Assembly (NCBI GenBank): GCA_964355645.1
Contig: CAYHDI010000001.1
Coordinates: forward strand, 28,778 to 92,777
Direction: 5' to 3'
Source: an uncultured Candidatus Saccharibacteria bacterium
Lineage (GTDB): Bacteria; Patescibacteriota; Minisyncoccia; Phycocordibacterales; Zambryskibacteraceae
DNA length: 64,000 nucleotides
Shown here: positions 7,714 to 17,441 of the stretch, piece after piece
Layout: every line of letters starts with the position of its first letter
Numbering within the stretch: the stretch's first letter is position 1
The notes under the pieces: generated by a model
Databases searched by the model: none
What the model was told of the DNA's origin: nothing
What the model saw: the letters and a program-made list of their open reading frames with translations, nothing else
Position numbers and translations under genes: made by a program

Positions 7714-8766
7714 TTAGAGACTAGAGTCTGAAAAACGGGCGGCTTTGTTTTTCTCCAAGTCGTTTATTAACTCCATGAAAACCGCAGCCACAGGCACGGA
7801 GATGACTATTCCGAGGAAACCGGCGAGTTGTCCTCCAATCAGAAGCGCGAGGATAGAAATCATTGGGGGCACACCTACCACCTTTTTCACTACCAAAGGA
7901 TAAATAAGTTGATTCTCAAATTGTTGAACAATGACGAAAAGTCCAGCCACAATGAGAGCTTGAGACATTCCTCCGCCAGTGAAAGCTACGAGAATTGCAG
8001 GAATGGCGGCCAGGATTGGCCCGAAGAGAGGAATAATCTCAAACATCCCCGCTGCAACAGCCAGGAGAAGAGGGTGTTCAACCCGAACTAGGAGCAGACC
8101 TAAATATACCAAAACTGCAATGATGGCCGCGAGCAGAATTTGTCCCTGCATCCAAAGTCCGATTTTTTTCTTTGAGCGATCCCACAAATCCAAAATATAT
8201 TTTTCTTGTTTCCACGGAGTGACCACTCGGAGGAACATTCCCACCCCATCTTCCTGAACAGCCAAGTAGAAAGACAGAACAATTATGAGAACAAAACTAA
8301 ATACTCCACCAAAAAGAAAAGTGGCACTAGTAAACACTCCGGTTGAAAGAGTTGAGACAAATGAATTGATATGATCAGCGATGCTTTGAGCAGAAATCGA
8401 ATTAGTTACAGAACCGAAGAAATTTGAGAGGTTCGGGTCACTCACGAGAGCTTTTGAATATTCAGGAAAGGCACGAATGAAATTCGAAATTTCTCCGAGC
8501 AAAGGGAGGAATAGGAAATAGAAAAGCCCAGCGAACAATATCCCTGTGATGATATAAACTCCAAGGATGGTTGGTAATCGGGGAAAAGACATTTTCTTCG
8601 CCCAGACAGCCGCCGGTTCAATCGCCGAAGCTATCACTATGGAAACAAGGATGACCAAGACTAAATCCCGAAGAATAAACAGGGCTACCGCAGCCAAAAT
8701 GATGAGGACTCCTCTCACCCAGCTCCCAGTAGTTATAGTCAATTTGTGATTTTCGGCTTCTTTCAT
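7714..8766 (-). CDS. AI-2E family transporter (UPF0118/PerM-like)
   Basis: 8 TM segments and conserved C-terminal VGVPPMISILALLIGGQLAGFLG segment. Confidence 0.8.
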   Translation of the reverse strand: MKEAENHKLTITTGSWVRGVLIILAAVALFILRDLVLVILVSIVIASAIEPAAVWAKKMSFPRLPTILGVYIITGILFAGLFYFLFLPLLGEISNFIRAFPEYSKALVSDPNLSNFFGSVTNSISAQSIADHINSFVSTLSTGVFTSATFLFGGVFSFVLIIVLSFYLAVQEDGVGMFLRVVTPWKQEKYILDLWDRSKKKIGLWMQGQILLAAIIAVLVYLGLLLVRVEHPLLLAVAAGMFEIIPLFGPILAAIPAILVAFTGGGMSQALIVAGLFVIVQQFENQLIYPLVVKKVVGVPPMISILALLIGGQLAGFLGIVISVPVAAVFMELINDLEKNKAARFSDSSL

Positions 8767-10037
8767 TTGCCCAATAATAGCACCTTTTTAAGATTTTTCT
8801 CGTTTCTAATATCTCCTACCACCGCGAGGTTCAGATTCTTGTTTTGGAAAATTTCCTTGGCCACTTTCATGATGTCTTTGGCTGTGACCTTCTCTATTTC
8901 GATTCTCGATTGTTCAGGAGTTTTTATCGAACGTTTCAAAACTTCTTGGATACCATAAAATTCGGCAAGAGAATCAGAAGTTTCTAAGCCCAAGTACATT
9001 CGACCAATCATGAGGTTTTTTGTTTTTTTAAGTTCTGAGACATCTACCGGTTCAGTAGCAAATCTTTTGAGTTCTTTTAGAATAACTTCAATTACTTCAT
9101 TTACACGTTTTGAATTTACACCAACAGCCATTTCAAATGTTCCGTGGTCGGTATATCTGTCAGTTTCAGCATGAACATAGTAGCAAGCCCCCATTTCGTC
9201 TCTAAGTTTATGGAAAAGCCTTGAAGACATGCCTTTTCCTAAAATAGCAGCGAGAACTTTGAGAGTTGGCAAACGTTTGTCAAAAATATTATAAGCTCTA
9301 AAACCCAAAATAAGATGGGTTTGATCAGTTTTTTTGTATTTTATTATAACTTGTGGTGTTTTTTGGATTTCTATAACTTTTTTCTTTGGAGTTTTCTCTG
9401 TGGTAGAAATATCTTTAAAGATTTTCTCAACATCCTTAAAAACTTTTTTTGAATCACATTTACCAGCCACAATTACAGTTGTAGCCTGTGCCACATAATG
9501 CTGTTGGCGATATTTAATAAAGTCTTCTCGCTTCATATCACGAATGACTTCAGCGGGACCCAAAATACTCCAACCGGCCGGTTGATCTCCGTACAAAAGC
9601 TTCATGAACAATCTGCCCACATCTCGTTGAGGCAAATCTTCATTCATTGAAATCTCCTGGAGAATAACTCCTTTTTCTTTTTGCATTTCAGTTTCAGAAA
9701 ATATTGGGTTCAAATACATATCAGAAATAACATCAAGAATTTTATGGTATTGGCTGTGCTCTGCTTTCGCATAATAAGCCGTGAGTTCTTGAGAAGTGAA
9801 AGCGTTGGATTCTGCCCCTAAACTATCTAATTCTTTGTGAATGATAGCGGGGGTTGGTCGGCGTTTGGTGCCTTTGAAATTCATGTGCTCAAGAAAGTGC
9901 GAAATACCACTTTTGTTCTTGGTTTCGTATTTTGAACCCGCTTCTACCAAAACGAGAACCGTCACCGTCTTTGCGTCCTTCATTGGGACAGCCACAATTC
10001 GCATCCCGTTTTTAAGTATTTTCTTTTTATATTTCAT
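8763..10037 (-). CDS. M16 family zinc peptidase (insulinase-like)
   Basis: HFLEHM (HxxEH) inverted zincin motif near N-terminus. Confidence 0.85.
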   Translation of the reverse strand: MKYKKKILKNGMRIVAVPMKDAKTVTVLVLVEAGSKYETKNKSGISHFLEHMNFKGTKRRPTPAIIHKELDSLGAESNAFTSQELTAYYAKAEHSQYHKILDVISDMYLNPIFSETEMQKEKGVILQEISMNEDLPQRDVGRLFMKLLYGDQPAGWSILGPAEVIRDMKREDFIKYRQQHYVAQATTVIVAGKCDSKKVFKDVEKIFKDISTTEKTPKKKVIEIQKTPQVIIKYKKTDQTHLILGFRAYNIFDKRLPTLKVLAAILGKGMSSRLFHKLRDEMGACYYVHAETDRYTDHGTFEMAVGVNSKRVNEVIEVILKELKRFATEPVDVSELKKTKNLMIGRMYLGLETSDSLAEFYGIQEVLKRSIKTPEQSRIEIEKVTAKDIMKVAKEIFQNKNLNLAVVGDIRNEKNLKKVLLLGK

Positions 10038-10061
10038 AGTGAGAAGAGTGTACCAGAAATT

Positions 10062-10097
10062 AAGAATAAAAGAAAAAGGCCACTACTAGAGTGGCGC
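10062..10097 (-). terminator. intrinsic terminator (minus): GCCACT-ACTA-GAGTGGC plus T-run
   Basis: seen directly, immediately 3' of 10086-10277 ORF. Confidence 0.6.
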
Positions 10098-10277
10098 GAG
10101 CTCATCAATCCTGGCCATCAACCTTTCGATGGCCTCCAGATTCTTGGCCCTCAAAGCCGCCTGTTCTGGAGAGAGTGGGGCCATGTGAATGAATGCCAGA
10201 TTCTGCTCTTGGTGTCTTTGAAGATCGTCCATAAGGAGACCAATCTCACTACCAAACTCAGAAGTGCTGCTTGTCAC
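10086..10277 (-). CDS. small GC-rich hypothetical protein (63 aa)
   Basis: ORF with GC well above neighbours, own terminator, inserted between peptidase and glyQS. Confidence 0.4.
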   Translation of the reverse strand: MTSSTSEFGSEIGLLMDDLQRHQEQNLAFIHMAPLSPEQAALRAKNLEAIERLMARIDELAPL

Positions 10278-10330
10278 GATCTTCCTCCCAGGAATGGTCT
10301 ACAACCAACCTACACCTATTTAAACCTTTG

Positions 10331-11551
10331 TCAAATTGTCTCTTTTAGATTCGCAATCTTCGCTCTCTTCTGTTCCCCTGTGTCTCTATCACGAACAGTC
10401 ACCGTATCATCTTTCAAAGTATCAAAATCAATAGTGATGCAGGCCGGAGTACCTATCTCATCTTGTCTGCGATATCTCTTACCTATATTCCCATTATCAT
10501 CAAAAACAATTTGAGGAAAATCTTTCTTGAGCATCATATAAACCTCTCGGGCCTTGGCCACCAACTCTGGCTTGTTTTTCAAAAGTGGAAAGACTGCTGT
10601 CCGAACTGGCGCAATATTTTTTGAAAGTTTTAGGAAACTCCTCTTTTCTCCCCCGAGTTCATCTTCAGTATAAGCCGAGGACAAGACTGCAAGGATTGTT
10701 CGATCCACTCCGAAAGTCGGTTCAATCACGTGTGGAGAAAATCTATCTCCAGATTCTTCATCAAAATATTCAAGCGGTACACTGCTCGAAGCACTGTGGT
10801 TTTTCAAATCAAAATCAGTTCTGTAAGCAAGACCATATAATTCTTTCTTACCAAAAGGAAAATCAAATTCGAAATCTACAGTGCGTTTAGAATAATGCGC
10901 TCTCTCTTCTTCTGGGACTTCAAGTTCATGAATAGAATTTTTCGGCAGGCCGATTTCTTTCATCCAATCAAACATTTGTTCTTTCCAACTTTCGAAAAAA
11001 TCTTTCCAGTCTTTCTCTCGCACGAAATATTCTATTTCCATTTGCTCAAACTCTCGTGTTCTGAAGATAAAATCTCTTGGTGAAATCTCGTTTCTGAAAG
11101 CCTTACCAATTTGAGCCAAGCCGAAAGGCAATTTCGGATGAAAGGCATCAACTACATTTTTGAAATTTACAAACATTCCTTGCGCAGTTTCCGGACGAAG
11201 ATATGAATCAATCGCCTCTTCCCCTGCCCCAACAGCCGTCTTGAACATCACATTAAACTGCTTCCCTTCTTCGGTCGGATCGACGAATCCAGCCACATGT
11301 CCGGACGCTTCCCAAACTTTCGGATTCATAATAATAGCTGCATCAATCCCGAACATATCATCTCGGTTTTCTACAAATTTTCTCCACCACAAAGATTTGA
11401 TATTGTTTTTTAAAGTGACACCCAAAGGCCCATAGTCCCAAGTACCAGCTAGTCCGCCATAAATCTCTGAACCTTGAAAGATAAATCCGCGTCTTTTGCA
11501 GAGCGATATAACCTTGTCCATGAGTTCCGAATCTTTGGATATCATTTCCAC
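10331..11551 (-). CDS. glyQS: glycyl-tRNA synthetase, class II dimeric (GlyQS) type
   Basis: RRGFIFQGSEIYGGLAGTWDYGPLG N-terminal signature. Confidence 0.9.
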   Translation of the reverse strand: MEMISKDSELMDKVISLCKRRGFIFQGSEIYGGLAGTWDYGPLGVTLKNNIKSLWWRKFVENRDDMFGIDAAIIMNPKVWEASGHVAGFVDPTEEGKQFNVMFKTAVGAGEEAIDSYLRPETAQGMFVNFKNVVDAFHPKLPFGLAQIGKAFRNEISPRDFIFRTREFEQMEIEYFVREKDWKDFFESWKEQMFDWMKEIGLPKNSIHELEVPEEERAHYSKRTVDFEFDFPFGKKELYGLAYRTDFDLKNHSASSSVPLEYFDEESGDRFSPHVIEPTFGVDRTILAVLSSAYTEDELGGEKRSFLKLSKNIAPVRTAVFPLLKNKPELVAKAREVYMMLKKDFPQIVFDDNGNIGKRYRRQDEIGTPACITIDFDTLKDDTVTVRDRDTGEQKRAKIANLKETI

Positions 11552-11570
11552 AATATTAGCTATTTTCAGC

Positions 11571-13490
11571 CTATTTCACAACCACATCATCTCCTTGAAC
11601 AAATCTTGAATCAGAAGAAAGTGTGGTATTCACTGCTTGATTTGTAAGGTTTACCACTTTGCTCGTGAAGGTATCCGTACCGGAGAAAGAGATGTTGTTC
11701 ACGAGAGTTGGGACACTTCCTATTTGTCCGATGGATGGAGTGAGAGAAACTTGAAACGAAGCGGTGCGGAGTGGAGAATTGAAGCCTGCACCTGAATTTA
11801 ATTTGTTTAAAGACCAAGTGATTGTATTGTTGTTCGAATTGTAAGTGATATTTTCTGTAGAGGTGGCTGCGCTCAACCATTTCACATTCGGACCCAGGGT
11901 CGCAGTCACAGTAGGGGAATCTATATCATTCTGTGTATTGCTTAGGCTAAAGGTAATTGTATAAGTCGTAGGTTTCTCGGCTTTAGGAGGTAGTGACCCG
12001 GAATTTCTAAATGGTCCTTGAGAATAATAGGCCTTGGATGAAAGAGAAACTTGTGAGGCTATCTTCACCAAACTATTCTCGCTTACGGTTATGTCTCCAA
12101 ATCCACCTCCCTGAGTGGTACCCACAAAGCTTGCTTGAATACTGATTTGAGGATTCTTCGTCGTTGTAGGTAAATTCGCCAGAGAAGCGAAGCTGAAGGA
12201 AACAGTTCCCCCATCCCCCGGGGCCAGGGTACTCAAGGAATCGTTGTTGTCTTGGGACCAAGTGATGGTGTTGTCCGAAGAATTATAAAACCCTCCGCTC
12301 TGAGCGACCACAGAGAAACGATCAAGCGTGTTGCCCGAGAGTTTAATCACAATCCTTGAATTCAAAAGTGTTGAGGGTAAATTGTTTTGAAAAGAAATGT
12401 TTGATTGAATCGCTTTCCCCGCAGGCGCTGAATACGAATCTGAATTTTCTCCATTGAAATCTATTTTTAATCCGATATTCGGTCTGTTCAGAGAAATAGT
12501 CTTTGAAGTTTGAGCTAGAGCCGTATCAAATTTGTTTGAATTGTCCGCGCTTGCAATTCCGGCATAAAAACGAAAAGTTCGTTCATCTTGATTTTCCCCA
12601 GTGAGTACGCCTTTAATAGAAATGATTTTTTTGTCCCCCGGAGCAAGGTCGCCTAGGACCCAAAGATTGTTGTCCGAAGTGAGACTCGTTGGAGCAGAAG
12701 AAACTGGAGTAAATCCATACGGGTATTCACCTTTGACTACCACATTTTTTAAAATATTAGTCGAATTGGCGAGAACTGTGAGGGTAGTGGTGAAAGTATC
12801 CCCCGATGTGATGGATGATGGTTGATCAACAGAGAGAGTCACGGGCGTGGTACCCACCGCAATTTGATAAACTTTGGTTTTGTTGAAGGTCGCATTCGAA
12901 CCTTTCACTTGATATTCAATATTAATATTTATTTCTTTGATGTCACCTGTTTGACCGAATAGCACTGCTCGCTCTGTCTCGGTGACGCTCTGGCCCAAAC
13001 CCACGGAGCCTATGGCCACTTTTGTATGACTTAAGGCTTGAGAAACATCATCGGCACTTCGAGTGCCCTCCGGATAATCCACGGACATATTGGCCATTAC
13101 CAAATCGGCATTGTTTTTGTTGGTGATAATAATATTCAATTCAACAGGATCGCCGGCTGAAGCGGAGACTGGACCATTCACTGCGATGTCTAAATTCTTC
13201 GAAGAAATAAAATTGCCCCCTCCGAAATAAATAAAGGCTGCAATCGCTCCGGCCAAAACACAAAAGATTAAAGCAAAAATAAAAATCTTTTTCATCATTG
13301 GGTGGCCCTCAATAGGTTTGCGTTCATGGGCCAGAAGTTCATCCAGTTTGGGTGATTGAAAATTTTCTCCTACTTCTCTCGGTTCTTCGACTGTCTCAAT
13401 CTTCGAGCGCGTATCCTCCGGCGCCTTGTACAAAGTCCGCGAATAAAGTTCATCATTCAATTCCCCAACCTTGCCTTCGTTTTCGTTCAT
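11571..13490 (-). CDS. membrane-anchored surface protein with DUF11/CARDB-like repeats (repeated LAPGD motifs)
   Basis: cytoplasmic N-term, one TM, large extracellular repeat region. Confidence 0.6.
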   Translation of the reverse strand: MNENEGKVGELNDELYSRTLYKAPEDTRSKIETVEEPREVGENFQSPKLDELLAHERKPIEGHPMMKKIFIFALIFCVLAGAIAAFIYFGGGNFISSKNLDIAVNGPVSASAGDPVELNIIITNKNNADLVMANMSVDYPEGTRSADDVSQALSHTKVAIGSVGLGQSVTETERAVLFGQTGDIKEININIEYQVKGSNATFNKTKVYQIAVGTTPVTLSVDQPSSITSGDTFTTTLTVLANSTNILKNVVVKGEYPYGFTPVSSAPTSLTSDNNLWVLGDLAPGDKKIISIKGVLTGENQDERTFRFYAGIASADNSNKFDTALAQTSKTISLNRPNIGLKIDFNGENSDSYSAPAGKAIQSNISFQNNLPSTLLNSRIVIKLSGNTLDRFSVVAQSGGFYNSSDNTITWSQDNNDSLSTLAPGDGGTVSFSFASLANLPTTTKNPQISIQASFVGTTQGGGFGDITVSENSLVKIASQVSLSSKAYYSQGPFRNSGSLPPKAEKPTTYTITFSLSNTQNDIDSPTVTATLGPNVKWLSAATSTENITYNSNNNTITWSLNKLNSGAGFNSPLRTASFQVSLTPSIGQIGSVPTLVNNISFSGTDTFTSKVVNLTNQAVNTTLSSDSRFVQGDDVVVK

Positions 13491-13516
13491 GTATTAAGTA
13501 TATCAAGAAAAAGGCA

Positions 13517-14026
13517 CTAATCCGCTAGATGACTGGCCTCCAAACCTTTATTAATAGCCTTAATTAGGTCCTTTTTAGGAAGTTTTAAATCAACTTCTTT
13601 TAAATACCCAAGATGGAAAAGAATTTGTGAGACAAAATGAATTTCAAACATTTCATCTCGACTAGCAAGAACGGTTCTTGCTAGAATTTCGCGTGTCGCT
13701 TCAAAAAGTTCTGGATTCGGGGCTTCGCCTTGAACTAATTTCTCAAGAAGTATGAGGGGTTTCAAAATTTCAGGTGTTGAAAGAATAGTCTTTATAAATT
13801 CTGCAGAAGTGATTCTCCAATATTCTTTGCCCCGTACAAGAGAAACCGAAACAAAGGAAATCGGCTCGAGTAATCCTCGAAGCTTGGAATGCCCCTTCCT
13901 CACCCCCGTCGCTGTGGCTCTTATTAGCCCCAAATCCTTTGTGAGTATTGAATAAACCCTATCCGCTTCGCGTAGAGGCCTGTATGAGAGCACCAAACCT
14001 TCTGTGGTGTGTATTGTGTAAGACAC
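13517..14026 (-). CDS. recO: DNA repair protein RecO (short form)
   Basis: N-terminal OB-fold pattern EGLVLSYRPLREADRVYSILTKDLGLIRATATG. Confidence 0.65.
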   Translation of the reverse strand: MSYTIHTTEGLVLSYRPLREADRVYSILTKDLGLIRATATGVRKGHSKLRGLLEPISFVSVSLVRGKEYWRITSAEFIKTILSTPEILKPLILLEKLVQGEAPNPELFEATREILARTVLASRDEMFEIHFVSQILFHLGYLKEVDLKLPKKDLIKAINKGLEASHLAD

Positions 14027-14045
14027 AGAAATTAAAAATTATGAA

Positions 14046-17000
14046 TTAAGAATTACGAATTGTGATATTCGTAGCCCTTTTAATCTCTTCATTATATTTC
14101 TTAAATATTTCTCTTTCTTCATCTGGCACAACATAAGACATCACATCTTTTGGTTTTAGATTCTTTTCTTTTCTCATTTCTTGAATCGAACGAATAATGT
14201 CTCGAACTTTGCCTTCCTCGGCAAGTTCTGGAGTGATATTTGAATCCACTAATACATCTTCAGAAACTACATATTTAATTTCTTTTACATTCACTTCATC
14301 TTTTATAAGTTCTTCATAAACATCTAATCGTTGCATTGATAAAGATTGAAGCGGTTGTCTTATTTTGATTCCGGCTTTTGCTCTTGCTTCTAAACCTCGA
14401 GAAACAATCTCTCTCGTTTTATTCATTCTTGAGATAATATCTCCATTTACATTTTTATCTTCTAAAGGCCACACATCCAAATGCACACTTTCCAAATCCT
14501 CTTCTGTTCGAAGTTTCTGATACAGTTCTTCTGCATAGAATGGAGTGAATGGTGCGAGGAGCTTAGAAATTGTTTTCAAGACAAAATACAAAGTCTGCTT
14601 CGCATCTTCGTCTCCTTCTTTGATTCGCTCGCGGGAACGACGAAGATACCAAGTCGAAAGGTCATCGACGAAATCTCGAATGGCACGGGTAGGTTCGAGA
14701 AGTTTGTAGTTATCAAGATTCTCTGTAGTTAACTTAATTAACTCATTCAATCTTATGAGAATCCATTGGTCGAGAATATTTCCACTCCCCGACACCCCAC
14801 CCTTGCCCTCCCCTTGATAAGGGGAGGGTTGGGAGGGGTCAGCATAAAGTTCATAGAAAGAATAAATGTTGTCGAGCATATTGAATACTCGTTTATTAAC
14901 TTCATCCACCGTCTTGTCATCAAAGTTTTTTGAATCCCCTGGTTGATTGATTGAGTACATCCAGAAACGCACCGCATCTGCGCCGTGTTTCTCCATAGAT
15001 TCAAACGGGTCTACCACATTACCCACTGACTTGCTCATTTTTTTGCCTTCCTTGTCCAAGAGTAAACCGAGGCAAATCACATTTTTGTAGGCTGCACCTC
15101 GATTCATGAGCACTCCTATCGCGTGCATGGTATAGAACCATCCACGAGTTTGATCAAGTCCTTCAGAGATAAAATCAGCTGGATAAAGAATTTTTGAGAA
15201 ATCCCCCGCTTTTTCTCGATTGTCAGAATCTTGAGAGAAAGGCATTGAACCGGAATCAAACCAAACATCCATCACTTCCTTCACTCGTTTGTATTCCTTC
15301 CCATTTTTCTCTAGGACAACTTCATCAATAAATGGTTTATGCAGATCAAGTTCAAAATTCGCGTTGTGCGGAAAAGGAACAAAATCTATTTCTTTTATTT
15401 CTGCATTCTTAGGATAATTTTCTGCTTCTATGTCATCCCCTATTTGTTCAGCAGTCAAACCTTTTGAACCAAGAATCATGTTCATGATTGGGGCACCATG
15501 ACTTATAAACAAAATATTTTTACCTGAATATTTGTTTTCATATTCTTCTAAGACTGTCATCACCCGAAACTTTGTATCGGTATAATTTTCCCCATCAGGG
15601 TTATTTTGTTTGTATCTATCTGAATAATGTTCATATCTAACCAAAAAATCATCCATTTTTTGGTTTTGATATTTATGGCCCGGATCAAATTCAATCAAAC
15701 GGTTATCTACGATGATTTCATTTTCGAAACCAATGGTTTCTTTAATAAGTTCTGAAGTTTCTTGTGCTCGCAGAATTGGAGAACGAATAATAATATCAAT
15801 TTTCTTATTCTTCAAACTTTCGGCCATTTTTTTCACTTGTTCTATACCCAACTCCGTCAAATGATTATTTGGATCTCCTTCTGAATCCCAAACCTTATTC
15901 ACATTATTCATGGCTTGACCATGTCGAACAGCGAAATATTTGTTGCCGGATTTTTTGGAATATTTCTTCAGGGTTTCAACCGAATCAACGACGATTCTAT
16001 CCTTCCCATCTATTGATGATTCTGCAAGCCAGATTGGAAGAGGTGTGCCCCAATATCTTTCTCGACTAATGGCCCAATCTTTCGCTTCTCGGAGCCATTC
16101 ACCAAAACGACCTTCCTTAATGTGAGAAGGTTCCCAATTTATCTTTTCATTTTCTTTGACCAATTTGTCTCGGAGCTCTGACATCCTGATGTACCAAGAA
16201 TCACGGGCATAATAAATCAATCGAGTCTTGCATCTCCAACAAAACGGATATGAGTGAGTATAATTTTCTTTCTCAAAAAGCAAGCTCCGATTTTGTAAAT
16301 CTTTCAAAATATCTACTGCCAGAGTTTCGTCCACCACCGAACGACCTTCGAGCCAATCCGTGCCTTTCATAAATGTTCCTTCCGGAGTGACTAGGTGAAC
16401 CTTTGGTAAGCCGACTTTCGTCCCAAGTTCGAAGTCATCTTGTCCATACATCACAGCTGTATGTACAATGCCCGTCCCATCTTCGGTGTTCACAAAATCC
16501 GCAGGGTAAACCCTGAAAGCCTTATCATCTTTTTTAATAAATGGATAAAGCGGTTCATATTCAAGGCCGACCAAATCCTGACCTTTAATTTTCTCAATAA
16601 TCTCGTATTCTCCTTCAACCACTTTCAATCTTGATTCAGCCAAAATTAAAATTTCATTTTCTTTTTTTATTTTTACATAATCAATTTTCTCCCCCACAGC
16701 AAGCCCGACGTTCCCCGGGAGAGTCCACGGTGTAGTGGTCCAAGCAAGCAAATATGTTCCCGGCTCATCGACTAGTTCAAACTTCGCTGTAATGGTTAAA
16801 TCCTTTACATCTTTGTACCCTTGAGCAAGTTCGTGGGTTGAGAGAGTGGTGCCACAACGCGGACACCAAGGTACAACTTTGTAATCTTTATAGAGTAAAT
16901 TCTGCTTTTCAACTTCGGAGAGAATCGACCAGATAGATTCCATAAACGGATTATGATAAGTCACATACGCGTTGTCATAATCCGCCCAATATCCCATACG

Positions 17001-17426
17001 GTCGCTTAATCTTCTCCATTCATCCACATAAGTCCAAACGGATTTTTTGCACTCATCATTAAATTTCTCTACGCCGTATTCTTCAATTTCTTTTTTGCTT
17101 TTTAGTCCAAGCTTTTTCTCCACTTCGAGTTCTACAGGTAAACCATGAGTATCCCAACCAGCTTTTCTGCGGACATGAAATCCGCGCATGGTTTTGTAAC
17201 GCGGAATAGCGTCCTTAAACGCGCGAGCTTCGACGTGATGAATACCCGGCTTGCCGTTCGCAGTCGGGGGTCCTTCATAAAACACAAATTCACCCTTGTC
17301 AGCGGGCTTCTTTAGAGTCTTTTCAAATATTTTATTGTCTTTCCAGAACTGGAGAATTCTTTCTTCTCTCTCTGATCTGGTAAGCCTTTTATCTTCAGGT
17401 TTACCCTGAGTCTCATCGAAGGGCAT
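14046..17426 (-). CDS. ileS: isoleucyl-tRNA synthetase with inserted histidine-phosphatase domain and in-frame palindromic element
   Basis: class I motifs (P-x-x-NG-x-xHHV, W-ISRERYWG, KMSKS); 190-aa RHG...SHG insert at 15372-15938; palindrome at 14796-14839. Confidence 0.9.
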   Translation of the reverse strand: MPFDETQGKPEDKRLTRSEREERILQFWKDNKIFEKTLKKPADKGEFVFYEGPPTANGKPGIHHVEARAFKDAIPRYKTMRGFHVRRKAGWDTHGLPVELEVEKKLGLKSKKEIEEYGVEKFNDECKKSVWTYVDEWRRLSDRMGYWADYDNAYVTYHNPFMESIWSILSEVEKQNLLYKDYKVVPWCPRCGTTLSTHELAQGYKDVKDLTITAKFELVDEPGTYLLAWTTTPWTLPGNVGLAVGEKIDYVKIKKENEILILAESRLKVVEGEYEIIEKIKGQDLVGLEYEPLYPFIKKDDKAFRVYPADFVNTEDGTGIVHTAVMYGQDDFELGTKVGLPKVHLVTPEGTFMKGTDWLEGRSVVDETLAVDILKDLQNRSLLFEKENYTHSYPFCWRCKTRLIYYARDSWYIRMSELRDKLVKENEKINWEPSHIKEGRFGEWLREAKDWAISRERYWGTPLPIWLAESSIDGKDRIVVDSVETLKKYSKKSGNKYFAVRHGQAMNNVNKVWDSEGDPNNHLTELGIEQVKKMAESLKNKKIDIIIRSPILRAQETSELIKETIGFENEIIVDNRLIEFDPGHKYQNQKMDDFLVRYEHYSDRYKQNNPDGENYTDTKFRVMTVLEEYENKYSGKNILFISHGAPIMNMILGSKGLTAEQIGDDIEAENYPKNAEIKEIDFVPFPHNANFELDLHKPFIDEVVLEKNGKEYKRVKEVMDVWFDSGSMPFSQDSDNREKAGDFSKILYPADFISEGLDQTRGWFYTMHAIGVLMNRGAAYKNVICLGLLLDKEGKKMSKSVGNVVDPFESMEKHGADAVRFWMYSINQPGDSKNFDDKTVDEVNKRVFNMLDNIYSFYELYADPSQPSPYQGEGKGGVSGSGNILDQWILIRLNELIKLTTENLDNYKLLEPTRAIRDFVDDLSTWYLRRSRERIKEGDEDAKQTLYFVLKTISKLLAPFTPFYAEELYQKLRTEEDLESVHLDVWPLEDKNVNGDIISRMNKTREIVSRGLEARAKAGIKIRQPLQSLSMQRLDVYEELIKDEVNVKEIKYVVSEDVLVDSNITPELAEEGKVRDIIRSIQEMRKEKNLKPKDVMSYVVPDEEREIFKKYNEEIKRATNITIRNS

Positions 17427-17441
17427 TGTGGGCTTATCTTA

